The position numbers were made by a program, and so were the translations under genes. A model generated the notes under the pieces. The model worked only from the letters and a program-made list of their open reading frames with translations, was not told where the DNA came from and ran no database searches. From an uncultured Candidatus Rokubacteria bacterium (GTDB taxonomy: Bacteria > Methylomirabilota > Methylomirabilia > Rokubacteriales > CSP1-6), in NCBI GenBank assembly GCA_963771355.1, contig CAVYTA010000006.1:2336001-2400000 (forward strand): a stretch of 64,000 bases of DNA. The letters are read 5' to 3'. This document shows, in pieces, positions 20,471 through 30,903 of the stretch (position 1 is the first letter of the stretch; each line of letters starts with the position of its first letter).

Positions 20471-21010
20471 TCAGTGGTCGTCGTGTCCGCGGTCGAGCTG
20501 TCCGCGTATCTCGCCACCCGTGAACCCGACGGTGTGCACGTTCACGTAGGCGGCGCCGGCGCGGATCGCGCGCAGGACCTCGGCCAATTCGCCAGGGGCG
20601 ATGCCCTGCGCCCCTGCCGTACCCACGGACACGACGTCGGCGGCCGTAAACGTTCCCGTGATCGTGGCCGGCGCGGCCGGGCAGAGTTGCGCGCCCACTG
20701 GGGCGTTGCCGAGATTCGTGCAAAGGAAGACCACAATACCGCCCGAGATGGCCGGCGCGCCGAAGTGGATGTGCGCTTGCGTCACCGCCGACAGGGTATC
20801 CCGATAGCTCAGCTCCCAGCTCACGAGCGTCCCGTCGTTTTCGATCTTGGCCTTGAAATCACCGGTCGCCGGCGTCGAGATCGTCAGTGGTGTCTCCTCG
20901 TATCCTGTCAGGTCGGTGTGAACCCTCTCCCCGATCGCCGCCGCTGGAGCGAGGAGCAACACCAGCACCGTCAAGAGTACGGTCAGCCCTGTCATCATTC
21001 TCCGCTTCAT
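20471..21010 (-). CDS. Secreted CHRD-domain protein
   Basis: Signal peptide; LTGYEETP, TQAHIHFG, YVNVHT, GGEIRGQL; AAGGAGG RBS. Confidence 0.9.
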   Translation of the reverse strand: MKRRMMTGLTVLLTVLVLLLAPAAAIGERVHTDLTGYEETPLTISTPATGDFKAKIENDGTLVSWELSYRDTLSAVTQAHIHFGAPAISGGIVVFLCTNLGNAPVGAQLCPAAPATITGTFTAADVVSVGTAGAQGIAPGELAEVLRAIRAGAAYVNVHTVGFTGGEIRGQLDRGHDDH

Positions 21011-21528
21011 CTCGCGCCTCCTTCAGGTTGTGGCCGGGATCCGTGGGCAAGGTCGCGGGGCAGTCCGCGACTCCGTGCCTTTGCGCGCTCGAACAAGGTC
21101 CACCTCCCTTCGTTCGGGCAGTAAGAGTGCGCTACAAACTTGCGGCGTGGCCCGGTGGTTCCAGAAATCCCGGTCCCTGGGGTGAGGGCTGAGGCAGCAG
21201 CGCCATTCCCCACTGGCCCGACCGGAATTGGGGGCAACATCGCGGCCGCTAGAACTGAGGGGGACGGGCGGCCGGTCGCTCGGCCCGGCCCGGCCTCCCA
21301 CCCCCACCAATGCTCGTGACCTTGCCGTCCGACCGAGGATGAGGATGGGCACCTTATGTCACGGTGACGGGGCCCACGGACGGGGCCGTAGACCGCGCGC
21401 TGAGGGGCCATGGCTCTCAGGTGGGGTCGGGGCGCCGAACGGGACAATGCTGAGAGATTGATACACCGAACATAGTGGGGACGACGGCGGCCGGACCGCT
21501 GCCCGCGGTCTAGGTTCCGGAACGCTGG

Positions 21529-21557
21529 GGGAGGCGATCTCGGTAGGCAAGCCTCCC
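21529..21557 (-). terminator. Hairpin immediately downstream of the Ldh_2 stop codon
   Basis: gggaggc-N15-gcctccc inverted repeat; one arm is deleted in copy A. Confidence 0.4.
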
Positions 21558-21571
21558 TACTCAATCGACCC

Positions 21572-22600
21572 CTACCCCGCCCCGAGCTCGGCGGCCAGCG
21601 TCTCGATCTGCCGCCAGGTCTCGTCCTCGATGGGGATGCCGTCGCGCCGGCGCTCGGCCTCGAGCCGCGCCTCCGGCTCGCCGGGAATGAGGATCTCGCC
21701 GCCGCCGGGCACGTGTGGCGCCGTCTTCACCCAGGCGAAGAAGGTGGCCACCTGCTCCCGGAATTCGGGGAGCGGGATGAAGCGCTCCACGTCGAGGCAG
21801 ATCATCAGGGTGCCGTTGGCGAACACGCCCGTGCCGGGGCTCGCCGCGCCGGTGCCCGAGAGAATGCCGCCGAGGAGCTCCACCGCGAGGGACAGGCCGT
21901 AGCCCTTGTGCTCGCCGGCGGTGAGGAGCGAGCCGGGCGGTGTCCCGTAGAAGACCTCGGGGTCGGTGCCGGGCCGGCCCTGGGCGTCGATGAACCAGCC
22001 GGGCGGCGCCTGCTGCTTCCGGTTCTTCTTCACGCGCATCTTGCCCTCGGCCACCACGCTGGTCGCGAAGTCGAGCACCATGGCGGGCCCGCCGTCGCCG
22101 GGGACGGCGATCGCGTGGGGATTGGTGCCGAGCCGCCGCGCCGCCCCGCCCCAGGGCGCCACGTTCAAGCCGAACACCGCGTTGACCCAGAGCATGCCGA
22201 CCAGACCTTCCGCGGCCGCCATCTCCGCGTAGTCGGCAAGCCGGCCCACATGCGTCGTATTGGCCAGCGTCACCGCCGAGAGCCCGTTCGCCTTGGCCTT
22301 CGCGATGGCCATCTCCATGCCGCGCCGGGCCACCACCTGGCCGAACCCGCGGCCGCCGTCGAGCCGCGCGATCACCGGCGTCTCCGCGATCACGGTGATG
22401 GGGCTCTTCGGGTTCACGTGGCCGGTGCGGATGGCACCCGCGTACTGCGGGATGCGGATGGCCCCATGCGAGTCGTGGCCGCGCAGGTTGGCGCGCACGA
22501 GCAAGGTGGCGACGCCGCGCGCGTCCGCCTCGGGCGTGCCCAGCGCGGTGAAGATACGGGTGGCGAGGGTCTCGAGCTTGTCGGATTGGATATTCGGCAT
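21572..22600 (-). CDS. Ldh_2 family (malate/L-lactate/hydroxycarboxylate dehydrogenase-like) oxidoreductase
   Basis: ANLRGHDSHG, HVGRLADY, LGTNPHAI, LDFATS, HKGYGL, ILIPGEPE. Confidence 0.93.
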   Translation of the reverse strand: MPNIQSDKLETLATRIFTALGTPEADARGVATLLVRANLRGHDSHGAIRIPQYAGAIRTGHVNPKSPITVIAETPVIARLDGGRGFGQVVARRGMEMAIAKAKANGLSAVTLANTTHVGRLADYAEMAAAEGLVGMLWVNAVFGLNVAPWGGAARRLGTNPHAIAVPGDGGPAMVLDFATSVVAEGKMRVKKNRKQQAPPGWFIDAQGRPGTDPEVFYGTPPGSLLTAGEHKGYGLSLAVELLGGILSGTGAASPGTGVFANGTLMICLDVERFIPLPEFREQVATFFAWVKTAPHVPGGGEILIPGEPEARLEAERRRDGIPIEDETWRQIETLAAELGAG

Positions 22601-22604
22601 GGCG

Positions 22605-23603
22605 TCAGGATACCGGAAGCCGGAGGAACTTCGCCGCGGTTTCCCCTTCGATGAGTCCGCGCGTGACCGGGTCCAGCCCGGCGGCGCCGAGCGATGCCAG
22701 CGGATCCGTATCTCCCATGTCGAAGGGGTAGTCGCTGCCGATCATCACGCGATCGGCGCCCAGCTCATCGATGATGAAGCGCAGGTTGCGCGGGGACAGC
22801 GTGAGCGAGTCCACGAAGATCTTCCGCGCGTACTCGCGCGGCTCCTTGGGGATGGCCGCCGGCCCCTCCGGCCGGACGTGCCAGCCGTGGTTGAGGCGGG
22901 CGAGCGTGAAGGGAAAGGCGCCGCCCCCATGCGCGAAAGCGATGCGAAGCTCCGGCAGCCGCTCGAGCACGCCGCCGAAGATCAGCTTGGACACGGCGAG
23001 CGCCGTCTCGAGCGGATTGCCGACGATGAGCGGGAAGTAGTACTTCGTGAGCCGCTCCTGCCCCGCGAGCGGAGTGGCGGGGTGGACGAACACCGCCATC
23101 CCGAGGTCGCGGCACGCGGCGAAGAACGGAAACAGCGCGGGGTCGTCGAAGTCGCGTCCGCCCGGGCAGGTGCCGATCTCGACCGCGCCGAGCCGGAGGC
23201 TCTCGCGGCAGTAGCGCAGCTCTTCGATGGCGAGCGCGGGGTCCTGGAGCGGCACCGCCGCCATCCCGCTGAAGCGCTTCGGATGCCGCGCGACGAGCGT
23301 GGCCACGTTCTCGTTCTGCATCCGGGCGAAGGCCTGGGCGGCCTTGGGCTCGGCCCAGTAGCAGAACATCACCGGCGGCGGCGAGAGCGCCTGGTGGTCG
23401 ATCCCGAGACGGTCCATGTCCTCGATCCGCCGCTCGGGGCTCCAGGACCGGTCGTCGATGTCGCGGAAGAACTGGTCGCCCGTCATGATGGTGGCGCGAC
23501 AGGCATCGCGGGGATCGAGCCGCGGCCACTTGCCGCCGCCGTAGCGCGCGGCAAAATCCTCCCAGCGCGCCGGGACGAGGTGGGTGTGGAGGTCGATGCG
23601 CAC
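22605..23603 (-). CDS. Amidohydrolase_2 family, ACMSD-like (aminocarboxymuconate-semialdehyde decarboxylase)
   Basis: IDLHTH, SPPPVMFCYW, FVHP, AHGGG, GSDYPFDMG. Confidence 0.88.
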   Translation of the reverse strand: MRIDLHTHLVPARWEDFAARYGGGKWPRLDPRDACRATIMTGDQFFRDIDDRSWSPERRIEDMDRLGIDHQALSPPPVMFCYWAEPKAAQAFARMQNENVATLVARHPKRFSGMAAVPLQDPALAIEELRYCRESLRLGAVEIGTCPGGRDFDDPALFPFFAACRDLGMAVFVHPATPLAGQERLTKYYFPLIVGNPLETALAVSKLIFGGVLERLPELRIAFAHGGGAFPFTLARLNHGWHVRPEGPAAIPKEPREYARKIFVDSLTLSPRNLRFIIDELGADRVMIGSDYPFDMGDTDPLASLGAAGLDPVTRGLIEGETAAKFLRLPVS

Positions 23604-24571
23604 TACTTGGCCTCGGTCTTGCCGATGAACTGGATGGTGGCGGCGATGCGCTGGGCGTCACGATCCCAGAAGGCCTTGAACTCGTCGGCGTCCTGATATG
23701 AGACGGGCGTCTTGGCCTTGTCCATGGAGGACTTGAACTCGGGATCCTCCACCGCCTTCCGGGTAGCATCGCGGAGCGTCTGGATCACATTGGCCGGCAC
23801 GCCCCTCGGCGCGAAGAGCCCGGTCCAGATGTAGTACTCGACGTCGTAGCCCAGCTCCTTGAGCGTCGGCACGTCCGGGAACGCGGCCAGCCGCGTCGCG
23901 CCCCACGTGGCGAGCGCCCGCATCTTGCCCGCCTCGATGTGCGGCGCGGCGAGCGCGGGCGGCGAGGCCCAGAGCTGGGCGTGGCCGCCGAGCACCGCGG
24001 TGGTCGCCGGCGCGCCGCCGGTGGTGGGCAGGTGGCGCATCTTGAGGCCCGCCGCCTGGAGGAACATCTCCAGCGGCAGGTGCGAGGCGCCGTAGGGCCC
24101 CGACGACGCGAAGGTGATCTCGCCGGGGCGCTTCTTCGCGTCGTCCACCAGCTCCTTGAGGGTCTTCCACGGTCCGTTCACGGCCAGGACGGGCGGATCG
24201 GCGTTGAGGCGGGCGATGCCCACGAACTGGTCGCGCGTGTACGTGGCGGGCCGGCCGAACAGCTTGTCCACCTCCGGCGTGGAGGAGATGCTGACCAGCG
24301 CGATGAGCAGGGTGTAGCCGTCCGGCTTGGCCACGGACGCGAACTGCGCCCCCACCGCGCCCGCCGCGCCCGCCTTGTTGACGACGACCACCGGCTGCTT
24401 GAGCAGGCGCTCGAAGGACGCCGCCAGCGGGCGGGCGGTGAGGTCGGCGATGCCGCCGGGCGGGAACGGGTTCACGATCGAGATGGGTCGGCTCGGGTAC
24501 GGCTCCTGGGCGGAGGCGCCCGTGACCAGCGCGGTAAGCGTGAAGACGATGATCGCCGCGATGCGCATCAT
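23603..24571 (-). CDS. Tripartite tricarboxylate transporter substrate-binding protein (TctC/Bug)
   Basis: Signal peptide; YPSRPI..PFPPGG..D..AR, NKAGAAGAVG, PDGYTLL, PDVPTLKELG. Confidence 0.93.
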   Translation of the reverse strand: MMRIAAIIVFTLTALVTGASAQEPYPSRPISIVNPFPPGGIADLTARPLAASFERLLKQPVVVVNKAGAAGAVGAQFASVAKPDGYTLLIALVSISSTPEVDKLFGRPATYTRDQFVGIARLNADPPVLAVNGPWKTLKELVDDAKKRPGEITFASSGPYGASHLPLEMFLQAAGLKMRHLPTTGGAPATTAVLGGHAQLWASPPALAAPHIEAGKMRALATWGATRLAAFPDVPTLKELGYDVEYYIWTGLFAPRGVPANVIQTLRDATRKAVEDPEFKSSMDKAKTPVSYQDADEFKAFWDRDAQRIAATIQFIGKTEAK

Positions 24572-24626
24572 GGTGGCCTCCTGTGGGTGAAGGGCTCGCG
24601 CAAAGGTACGCTAGAATGACGGAGAA

Positions 24627-24959
24627 ATGAAGCAGGAGCGCGAGTTCTTCGATCCGTCGTCCGTCCCCTGGCGCCCCGCCGCCGGCTACCCGGCCGGCGT
24701 CTGGGAGCAGGTGCTCGCGGGCGGCGAGGACGAGGGCGTGACCACGCGCTTCCTCCGCTTCGAGCCCGGCGCGGGCAATGACGCGGTCGTCACGCACGAC
24801 TTCTGGGAGGAGATCTACATCATCTCGGGCGCCTGCGAGGTCGGCGGCACGACGTATCGGGCGGGGATGGTGGCGGTACGCCCGCCCGGCATGCCGCACG
24901 GCCCCTTCCGCTCCGCCGGCGGCTGCGTGAACTTCGAGGTGCGCTACCGCGCGCGCTGA
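24627..24959 (+). CDS. Cupin-domain protein (ChrR-like)
   Basis: THDFWEEIYIISG and RPPGMPHGPF cupin motifs. Confidence 0.85.
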   Translation: MKQEREFFDPSSVPWRPAAGYPAGVWEQVLAGGEDEGVTTRFLRFEPGAGNDAVVTHDFWEEIYIISGACEVGGTTYRAGMVAVRPPGMPHGPFRSAGGCVNFEVRYRAR

Positions 24960-25058
24960 CGCGAAGGCATATCGCGGACCAGATCTATCTTCACCCGCAC
25001 CCCCGGGAGCTGATGCTCCGCAACCACACCTAGCGCCCGGGGGGGCCTTCGGCGCACA

Positions 25059-28000
25059 ATGGACCGGATGGTCAGCGTCCTCGGCGACAAGCGCGTCGGC
25101 CGGCCCCGCAGGGACGTGGTGCCCTGGATCTACCTCGTCGCCTTCCTCGTCGGCACCGCCCTCGTGGTGGGCTTCATGTGGTACCACATCGGCAACGAGC
25201 GCCGCGTCGCCCTCGACCACTGGCGCGCGCGGCTGTCCACCTTCGCCGACGACCGCGCGCGCCTGGTGTCGAGCTGGCTGGAGGCGCGGCGGGCGGACGC
25301 GGAAGTGCTCGCGGGCTCCCCCGGCGTTCGCGCGGCGCTGTCGGGCGAGGGCGACGGCGGCGTGGCCGGGCAGCTCGAGCGCGTGGCGGCCGCGTATGGC
25401 TATCTCGCCATCGCCGTTGTCAACCCCGCCGGCCAGGTGGTCGCGTCGTCCCGCGCGAGCGAGGTGCCGGCGCTGGCGGCCGAGGCGGCGGCGGCGGCGA
25501 TACGCGCGGACGGGTTCCACGCCGACATCTCCGGCGGCGGCGCGGGGCCGCACCGGCTCATCTTCGCGGTGCCGGTGCGCCGGGACGCTACCCGCGACGG
25601 CAAGCCCCTCGGCGCGCTGGTGCTCACCATGGCCCCGGAGCGCAGCTTCTATGCGCTGCTCACCGACGAGACGGTGCCGACCCGCACCGGCGAGGTGCTC
25701 CTCTTCCGGATGGACGGCAAGGAGCTCAGCTATCTCTCGCCCTTCCGCGGCGCTCCCGCGGGCTGGTCGGCGCAGGCCCGCTCGCTGGACGAGCTGGCGG
25801 CCAAGATCCCGGTCGCGGTGGAGCGCAAGGATACCTTTGCCGAGCTCACCGACTACCGTGCAGCGCGGGTCTTCGCGGCGACGCGGTGGCTCCCCGGCCC
25901 CCGCTGGGGACTGGTGCTCAAGATCGACCGGGACGAGGTGCTCGAGGAGTTCCACCAGGCCGGCCGCCTCGCCGGGCTCGCCGCCACCCTCCTCATCGTG
26001 GCGGGCGGTCTCCTCCTCGCGGGGCTCTGGTACCAGCGCCGCGGCTCGCGGCTCCTGCGCGACCAGATCCGCCAGGAGCGCGCGATCTTCAACCTGAAGA
26101 GCTACGCGGAGAAGATCGTGGCCAGCGTGCCCTCGGGGCTCCTGGTGCTGGCGTCCGATCTCCGCATCCTGTCCGCGAACCGGTCCTTCCTCGAGTCGTT
26201 CTCCCTGCAGAACACCGAGGTGCTGGGGCGCCGGTTCGACGAGGTCATCCAGGCCGACGGCCTGCTCCTCCGCATCCGCGAGGTGCTCCAGTCCGGCGTC
26301 GCGCAGCACGACGTCCTCTTCGACCTGCACGTGACCTCGCGGCGCGAGTCGCGCCCGGCGCGCATCACCGTCACCAGCATCCGCATCGCGGAGGAGGAGG
26401 AGGCGCGGCTCCTCCTCACCATCCAGGACCTCTCCGAGGAGGAGCGGCTGCACGCCGCCCGGCGCGCCTCCGAGCAGCGCTTCCGCGACCTCGTCCAGGG
26501 GCTGGACGCCATCGTGTGGGAGGCGGACGCCCACACCCTCCGCTTCACCTTCGTCAGCCAGCGGGCGGAAGGCCTGCTGGGGTATCCGCCCGAGCACTGG
26601 CTCCGCGCGCCCGACTTCTTCGCGCAGCGCCTCCATGGCGAGGACCGCGAGCGCGCGCTGGAGGTCTGCCGCGCGGCGGTGGCGGCGGGAGCCGACCACG
26701 AGTTCGAGTACCGCTCGGTGGCCGCGGACGGCCGCGTGGTGTGGCTCCGCGACCTCGTCCACGTGCTGCTCGACAGCCAGGGGCGGCCGCGCCAGCTCCG
26801 CGGGCTCACCGTGGACCTCACCGAGCGCAAGCGCGCGGAGGCGGCGCTCCGCGCCAGCGAGGACCAGCTCCGCCAGGCGCAGAAAATGGAGGCGGTGGGC
26901 CAGCTCGCGGGCGGCATCGCGCACGATTTCAACAACCTGCTCATGGTCATCCAGGGCGACAGCGACCTGATCTGCCGCAAGATCCCCGAGGGGCATCCGA
27001 TCCGCCGCAACGTGGACGGGATCCGCGAGGCCGCTCATCAGGCGGCGACGCTCACGCGCCAGCTGCTCGCCTTCAGCCGCAAGCAGGTGATGGAGCCCAA
27101 GGTCATCGACCTCAACAACGTGGTGGCCGGGATGCAGGCCATGCTCCAGCGCCTGCTCACCGAGACCGTCCAGCTCGTCTTCGTGCCCACGCGCGACGTG
27201 GGCTCGGTCAAGGCGGACCCCGGCCAGCTCGAGCAGGTGGTCATGAACCTGGTGGTGAACGCGCGCGACGCCATGCCGGAGGGCGGCCGGGTCACCATGG
27301 AGACGAGCCGGGTGGAGCTGGACGAGACCGCGGTGCGCGGGCACGGTGAGGCGACGCCCGGGTCGTACGTCGCCCTCTCCGTCAGCGACACCGGCCACGG
27401 GATGGACGAGGCCACCCGCGCGCGCCTCTTCGAGCCCTTCTTCACCACCAAGGAGCCCGGCAAGGGCACCGGGCTGGGGCTCAGCACCGCGTACGGCATC
27501 GTCCGCCAGAGCGGGGGCCACATCTGGGTCTCCTCCGAGCCGGGCCAGGGCACCTCCTTCAAGATCTGCCTGCCCCTCGTCACCGAGAAGCCCGAGGGCG
27601 AGACGGCGGCGCCGGAGCCGGCGGGAGACACCGTTCGCGGCGCGGAGACCGTCCTCCTGGTGGAGGACGCGACGCGCGTCCGCGAAGTGGTGCGCGAGAT
27701 CCTGGAGATGAACGGGTACGCGGTGCTGGAGGCCCGGCACGGCGCCGAGGCGCTCGAGATCAGCGCCCGTCACGGGAGCCGCATCCACCTCATGGTGACC
27801 GACGTGGTCATGCCGCAGATGAGCGGGCGCGAGCTGGCGCAGCACCTGGCGGGCACGCGGCCGGACATGCGCGTGCTCTTCATGTCGGGCTACACGGACA
27901 ATGCGATCGTGCGCCACGGCGTGCTGGAGGCGGGCACCGCCTTCCTCTCCAAGCCCTTCACCCCCGATGCCCTCGCGGCGAAGGTGCGCGAGGTGCTGGA

Positions 28001-28094
28001 TGCGCCCCGTCCCGGCGGAGGCAGCCCGGGCGCGCCGGTGGGACGAGCCACCACTCATCTCGGCGCGGCCCGCTCCACGCCCCTCCGCCATTGA
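25059..28094 (+). CDS. Hybrid sensor histidine kinase (TM, Cache-like, 2 PAS, HisKA, HATPase, REC)
   Basis: [50 protein letters not shown]...VTDVVMP...KPF. Confidence 0.95.
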   Translation: MDRMVSVLGDKRVGRPRRDVVPWIYLVAFLVGTALVVGFMWYHIGNERRVALDHWRARLSTFADDRARLVSSWLEARRADAEVLAGSPGVRAALSGEGDGGVAGQLERVAAAYGYLAIAVVNPAGQVVASSRASEVPALAAEAAAAAIRADGFHADISGGGAGPHRLIFAVPVRRDATRDGKPLGALVLTMAPERSFYALLTDETVPTRTGEVLLFRMDGKELSYLSPFRGAPAGWSAQARSLDELAAKIPVAVERKDTFAELTDYRAARVFAATRWLPGPRWGLVLKIDRDEVLEEFHQAGRLAGLAATLLIVAGGLLLAGLWYQRRGSRLLRDQIRQERAIFNLKSYAEKIVASVPSGLLVLASDLRILSANRSFLESFSLQNTEVLGRRFDEVIQADGLLLRIREVLQSGVAQHDVLFDLHVTSRRESRPARITVTSIRIAEEEEARLLLTIQDLSEEERLHAARRASEQRFRDLVQGLDAIVWEADAHTLRFTFVSQRAEGLLGYPPEHWLRAPDFFAQRLHGEDRERALEVCRAAVAAGADHEFEYRSVAADGRVVWLRDLVHVLLDSQGRPRQLRGLTVDLTERKRAEAALRASEDQLRQAQKMEAVGQLAGGIAHDFNNLLMVIQGDSDLICRKIPEGHPIRRNVDGIREAAHQAATLTRQLLAFSRKQVMEPKVIDLNNVVAGMQAMLQRLLTETVQLVFVPTRDVGSVKADPGQLEQVVMNLVVNARDAMPEGGRVTMETSRVELDETAVRGHGEATPGSYVALSVSDTGHGMDEATRARLFEPFFTTKEPGKGTGLGLSTAYGIVRQSGGHIWVSSEPGQGTSFKICLPLVTEKPEGETAAPEPAGDTVRGAETVLLVEDATRVREVVREILEMNGYAVLEARHGAEALEISARHGSRIHLMVTDVVMPQMSGRELAQHLAGTRPDMRVLFMSGYTDNAIVRHGVLEAGTAFLSKPFTPDALAAKVREVLDAPRPGGGSPGAPVGRATTHLGAARSTPLRH

Positions 28095-28095
28095 C

Positions 28096-28500
28096 ATGAC
28101 GCCCATCCGCGTCCTCATCGCCAAGGTCGGCCTCGACGGCCACGACCGCGGGGCCAAGGTGGTGGCGCGCGCGCTGCGGGACGCGGGCATGGACGTGATC
28201 TACACCGGCCTGCACCGGACGCCGGAAGAAGTGGTGGCCGCCGCCGTCCAGGAGGACGTGGACGTGCTGGGGATCAGCATCCTCTCCGGCGCGCACATGA
28301 CGCTCTTCCCGCGCGTGCGGGACCTGATGCGAACCGCCGGCGCGGACGACATCATCCTCGTGGGCGGCGGCGTCATCCCCGACGAGGACGTGGCCGCGCT
28401 CAAGGAGCTCGGCGTGGCCGAGGTCATCCTGCAGGACACGCCGCCCGACAGCATCGTCGAGCGGCTCCGCCAGCTCGTCGCCGAGCGCATCCCCCGCTAG
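28096..28500 (+). CDS. hcmB: B12-binding small subunit of acyl-CoA mutase (HcmB)
   Basis: [23 protein letters not shown] (DxHxxG), SILSGAH, VGGGVIP; position in the hcm operon. Confidence 0.85.
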   Translation: MTPIRVLIAKVGLDGHDRGAKVVARALRDAGMDVIYTGLHRTPEEVVAAAVQEDVDVLGISILSGAHMTLFPRVRDLMRTAGADDIILVGGGVIPDEDVAALKELGVAEVILQDTPPDSIVERLRQLVAERIPR

Positions 28501-28502
28501 CC

Positions 28503-29930
28503 GTGAGTCTCCCGCCGCTCCCCGCCTGGCCGCCGCGCTACGATGCCTCCTATCGGCCGCCCGTGGCCGCGGAGTACTGGCGGCCGGAGCTGGAGCGCGC
28601 CGAGCCCGCGGAGCGCGACCGGCACATCCTGGACAAGCTGCGCCATCAGCTGCGCTGGGCCTGGGAGCGGAGCCCCTTCTACCGCCGCAAGTGGGAGGCG
28701 GCGGGGGTGTCCCCGGAGACCCTGCGTACCTTGGCCGACCTGTCGCGCTTCCCGGTGGTGCAGAAGGCCGAGCTCCGCGAGGCGCAGGCCGCGCATCCGC
28801 CCTTCGGCGACTACCTCTGCATCGAGCCGGAGGCAGTGGCCCGCATTCACGGCACGAGCGGCACCACCGGCCGGCCCACCGTGTTCGGCATCGGCGCCGA
28901 CGACTGGGCGCGCATCGGCGAGGCGCATGCGCGGGTGCTGTGGGGCGCGGGCCTCCGGCCCGCCGACTCGGTGCTCGTCTGCTCCTTCTTCAGCCTGTAT
29001 CTCGGCTCCTGGGGCGCGCTGGTGGGCGCGGAGCGGCTGGGCGCCACCGTCTTCCCCTTCGGCGCCGGCGCCGCCGGCCAGACCCTGGCCGCCGTGCAGT
29101 GGGCGCGGGACTTGCGGCCGAGCGCGTTCTACGGCACCCCGTCCTACGCGCTCCACTTCGCGGAGACCGCGCGGCGCGAGGGCATCGACCCGCGGGCGCT
29201 CGGCATCCGCCTCCTCCTCTTCTCGGGCGAGCCGGGCGCGGGCATTCCCGCCACCAAGGCGCTCATCGAGTCCACCTTCGGCGGGCTCTGCGTGGACATG
29301 GGGAGCATGGCGGAGATGACGCCCTGGATGACGAATGGCGAGTGCCGCCACCGCACCGGCATGCACCTCTGGCAGGACCTCGTCTACACGCAGGTGTGCG
29401 ACCCGGAGACCTACGCGCCGCTCCCCTACGGGGCGGAGGGCACGCCCGTCTACACCCATCTGGAGCGGACGTCGCAGCCGATGATCCGCCTCGTGTCGGG
29501 CGACCGCGCGCGCTGGACGGACGAGCCCTGCCCGTGCGGGCGCACGTATCCGCGGCTGCCCGCCGGGCTCTACGGCCGCTTCGACGACATGATCGTGGTG
29601 CGCGGCGAGAACATCTACCCGAGCGCGGTGGAAGACACGCTGCGCGCGGTGCCGGGCTTCGGCGGCGAGTTCCGCATCATCGTCTCCCGCCGCGAGGCCA
29701 TGGACGAGCTGCTGGTGCGCGTGGAGTACGCGGCCAGCCATGCCGGCGCCGAGCGGCTCGACGCCCTCCGGGGCGAGCTGCGCCGCCGCCTTCGCACGCG
29801 GCTGGGCGTGCACCCGGTGGTGGAGCTGGTCCCGGAGGGCACGCTGGCCCGCACCGAGTTCAAGGCCCGCCGCGTGGTGGACGACCGCGATCTCTACCGG
29901 GAGACGGTCAACAAGGCGCCCGCTCGATGA
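28503..29930 (+). CDS. hcl: Phenylacetate-CoA ligase-family protein, probable 2-hydroxyisobutyrate-CoA ligase
   Basis: HGTSGTTGRP, GTPSYALH, FSGEPG, GRFDDMIVVRGENIYPS; lies between hcmB and meaH. Confidence 0.75.
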   Translation: MSLPPLPAWPPRYDASYRPPVAAEYWRPELERAEPAERDRHILDKLRHQLRWAWERSPFYRRKWEAAGVSPETLRTLADLSRFPVVQKAELREAQAAHPPFGDYLCIEPEAVARIHGTSGTTGRPTVFGIGADDWARIGEAHARVLWGAGLRPADSVLVCSFFSLYLGSWGALVGAERLGATVFPFGAGAAGQTLAAVQWARDLRPSAFYGTPSYALHFAETARREGIDPRALGIRLLLFSGEPGAGIPATKALIESTFGGLCVDMGSMAEMTPWMTNGECRHRTGMHLWQDLVYTQVCDPETYAPLPYGAEGTPVYTHLERTSQPMIRLVSGDRARWTDEPCPCGRTYPRLPAGLYGRFDDMIVVRGENIYPSAVEDTLRAVPGFGGEFRIIVSRREAMDELLVRVEYAASHAGAERLDALRGELRRRLRTRLGVHPVVELVPEGTLARTEFKARRVVDDRDLYRETVNKAPAR

Positions 29931-30892
29931 GCGGCGTGCCTGATCCCGGCGTGCTCGCCGCGGAGCTGGCCGGCGGCTCGGTGCGCGCGCTCGCCCGCGG
30001 CCTCACCTGGATCGAGGAGGGTGGACCCCGCGCCGAGGCCTTGATCGAGCGCATCTATCCGCAGACCGGGCGCGCTCACGTGGTCGGCATCACCGGCTCG
30101 CCCGGCAGCGGCAAGAGCACGCTCGTGCGCGCGCTGGCCCGCGCCGCGCGCGCCCGGGGCAAGACGGTCGGCATCATCGCCGTGGATCCGACGTCTCCGT
30201 TCTCGGGAGGTGCTATCCTCGGCGACCGCATCCGCATGAACGATCTCGCGCTGGACCCCGGCGTGTTCATCCGGAGCATGGCCACCCGCGGCGCGCTGGG
30301 CGGACTCTCCCGCGCCGCCGCCGACGCCATCGACCTCATGGATGCCGCCGGGCGCGATCCCATCTTCGTGGAGACGGTGGGGGTGGGGCAGGACGAGGTG
30401 GAGATCGCCAGCGCCGCGCATTCCGTGGTGGTGGTGAGCGTGCCCGGACTGGGTGACGACGTGCAGGCCATCAAGGCCGGCGTGCTGGAGATCGCGGATG
30501 TGCACGTGGTGAACAAGGCCGACCGGGAGGGCGCGGACCGCATCCTCGCCGACCTCCGCAACATGCTCATGCTCGCCCCCATGCGGGACGGCGCGCCGAT
30601 GCCGCCGGTGCTGGCCTGCGTGGCCGCCCGGGAAGAAGGCATCGACGCGATCTGGGACGCGCTGTCCGCCCACCTCGACGCGCTCAAGGCCACCGGCGAG
30701 CTGGAGCGGCGTCGCGCGCGCATCGCGCACAAGCGCGTGCTGGGCATCGCGCACGAGGTCCTCGCCCGCGCGGTGGCGGACCCGGCCCGCGGGGACACCG
30801 GGCCGCTCCTCGCCCGCGTCGCCCGCCGCGAGCTGTCGCCGCATGCCGCCGCGCGCGCGCTGCTCGCCACCCTGCCCGCCGCCACCCGATAG
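29927..30892 (+). CDS. meaH: MeaB/ArgK-family mutase-associated GTPase (MeaH)
   Basis: GITGSPGSGKST, AVDPTSPFSGGAILGDRIRM, ETVGVGQDE, VNKAD; ATGA overlap with the ligase. Confidence 0.88.
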   Translation: MSGVPDPGVLAAELAGGSVRALARGLTWIEEGGPRAEALIERIYPQTGRAHVVGITGSPGSGKSTLVRALARAARARGKTVGIIAVDPTSPFSGGAILGDRIRMNDLALDPGVFIRSMATRGALGGLSRAAADAIDLMDAAGRDPIFVETVGVGQDEVEIASAAHSVVVVSVPGLGDDVQAIKAGVLEIADVHVVNKADREGADRILADLRNMLMLAPMRDGAPMPPVLACVAAREEGIDAIWDALSAHLDALKATGELERRRARIAHKRVLGIAHEVLARAVADPARGDTGPLLARVARRELSPHAAARALLATLPAATR

Positions 30893-30903
30893 GAGACGCC
30901 GCC

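Noticed and set aside
9223..21620. Prophage, ICE, integron or IS as the island's identity
   Set aside because: No integrase, transposase, relaxase, phage genes or attC-like palindromes were recognised.
23658..28190. 1510-aa minus-strand ORF and similar long ORFs (298-2058 +, 31090-33678 -, 47237-49864 -, 17290-19218 +)
   Set aside because: Antisense or alternate-frame shadows of real GC-rich genes, with no recognisable domains.
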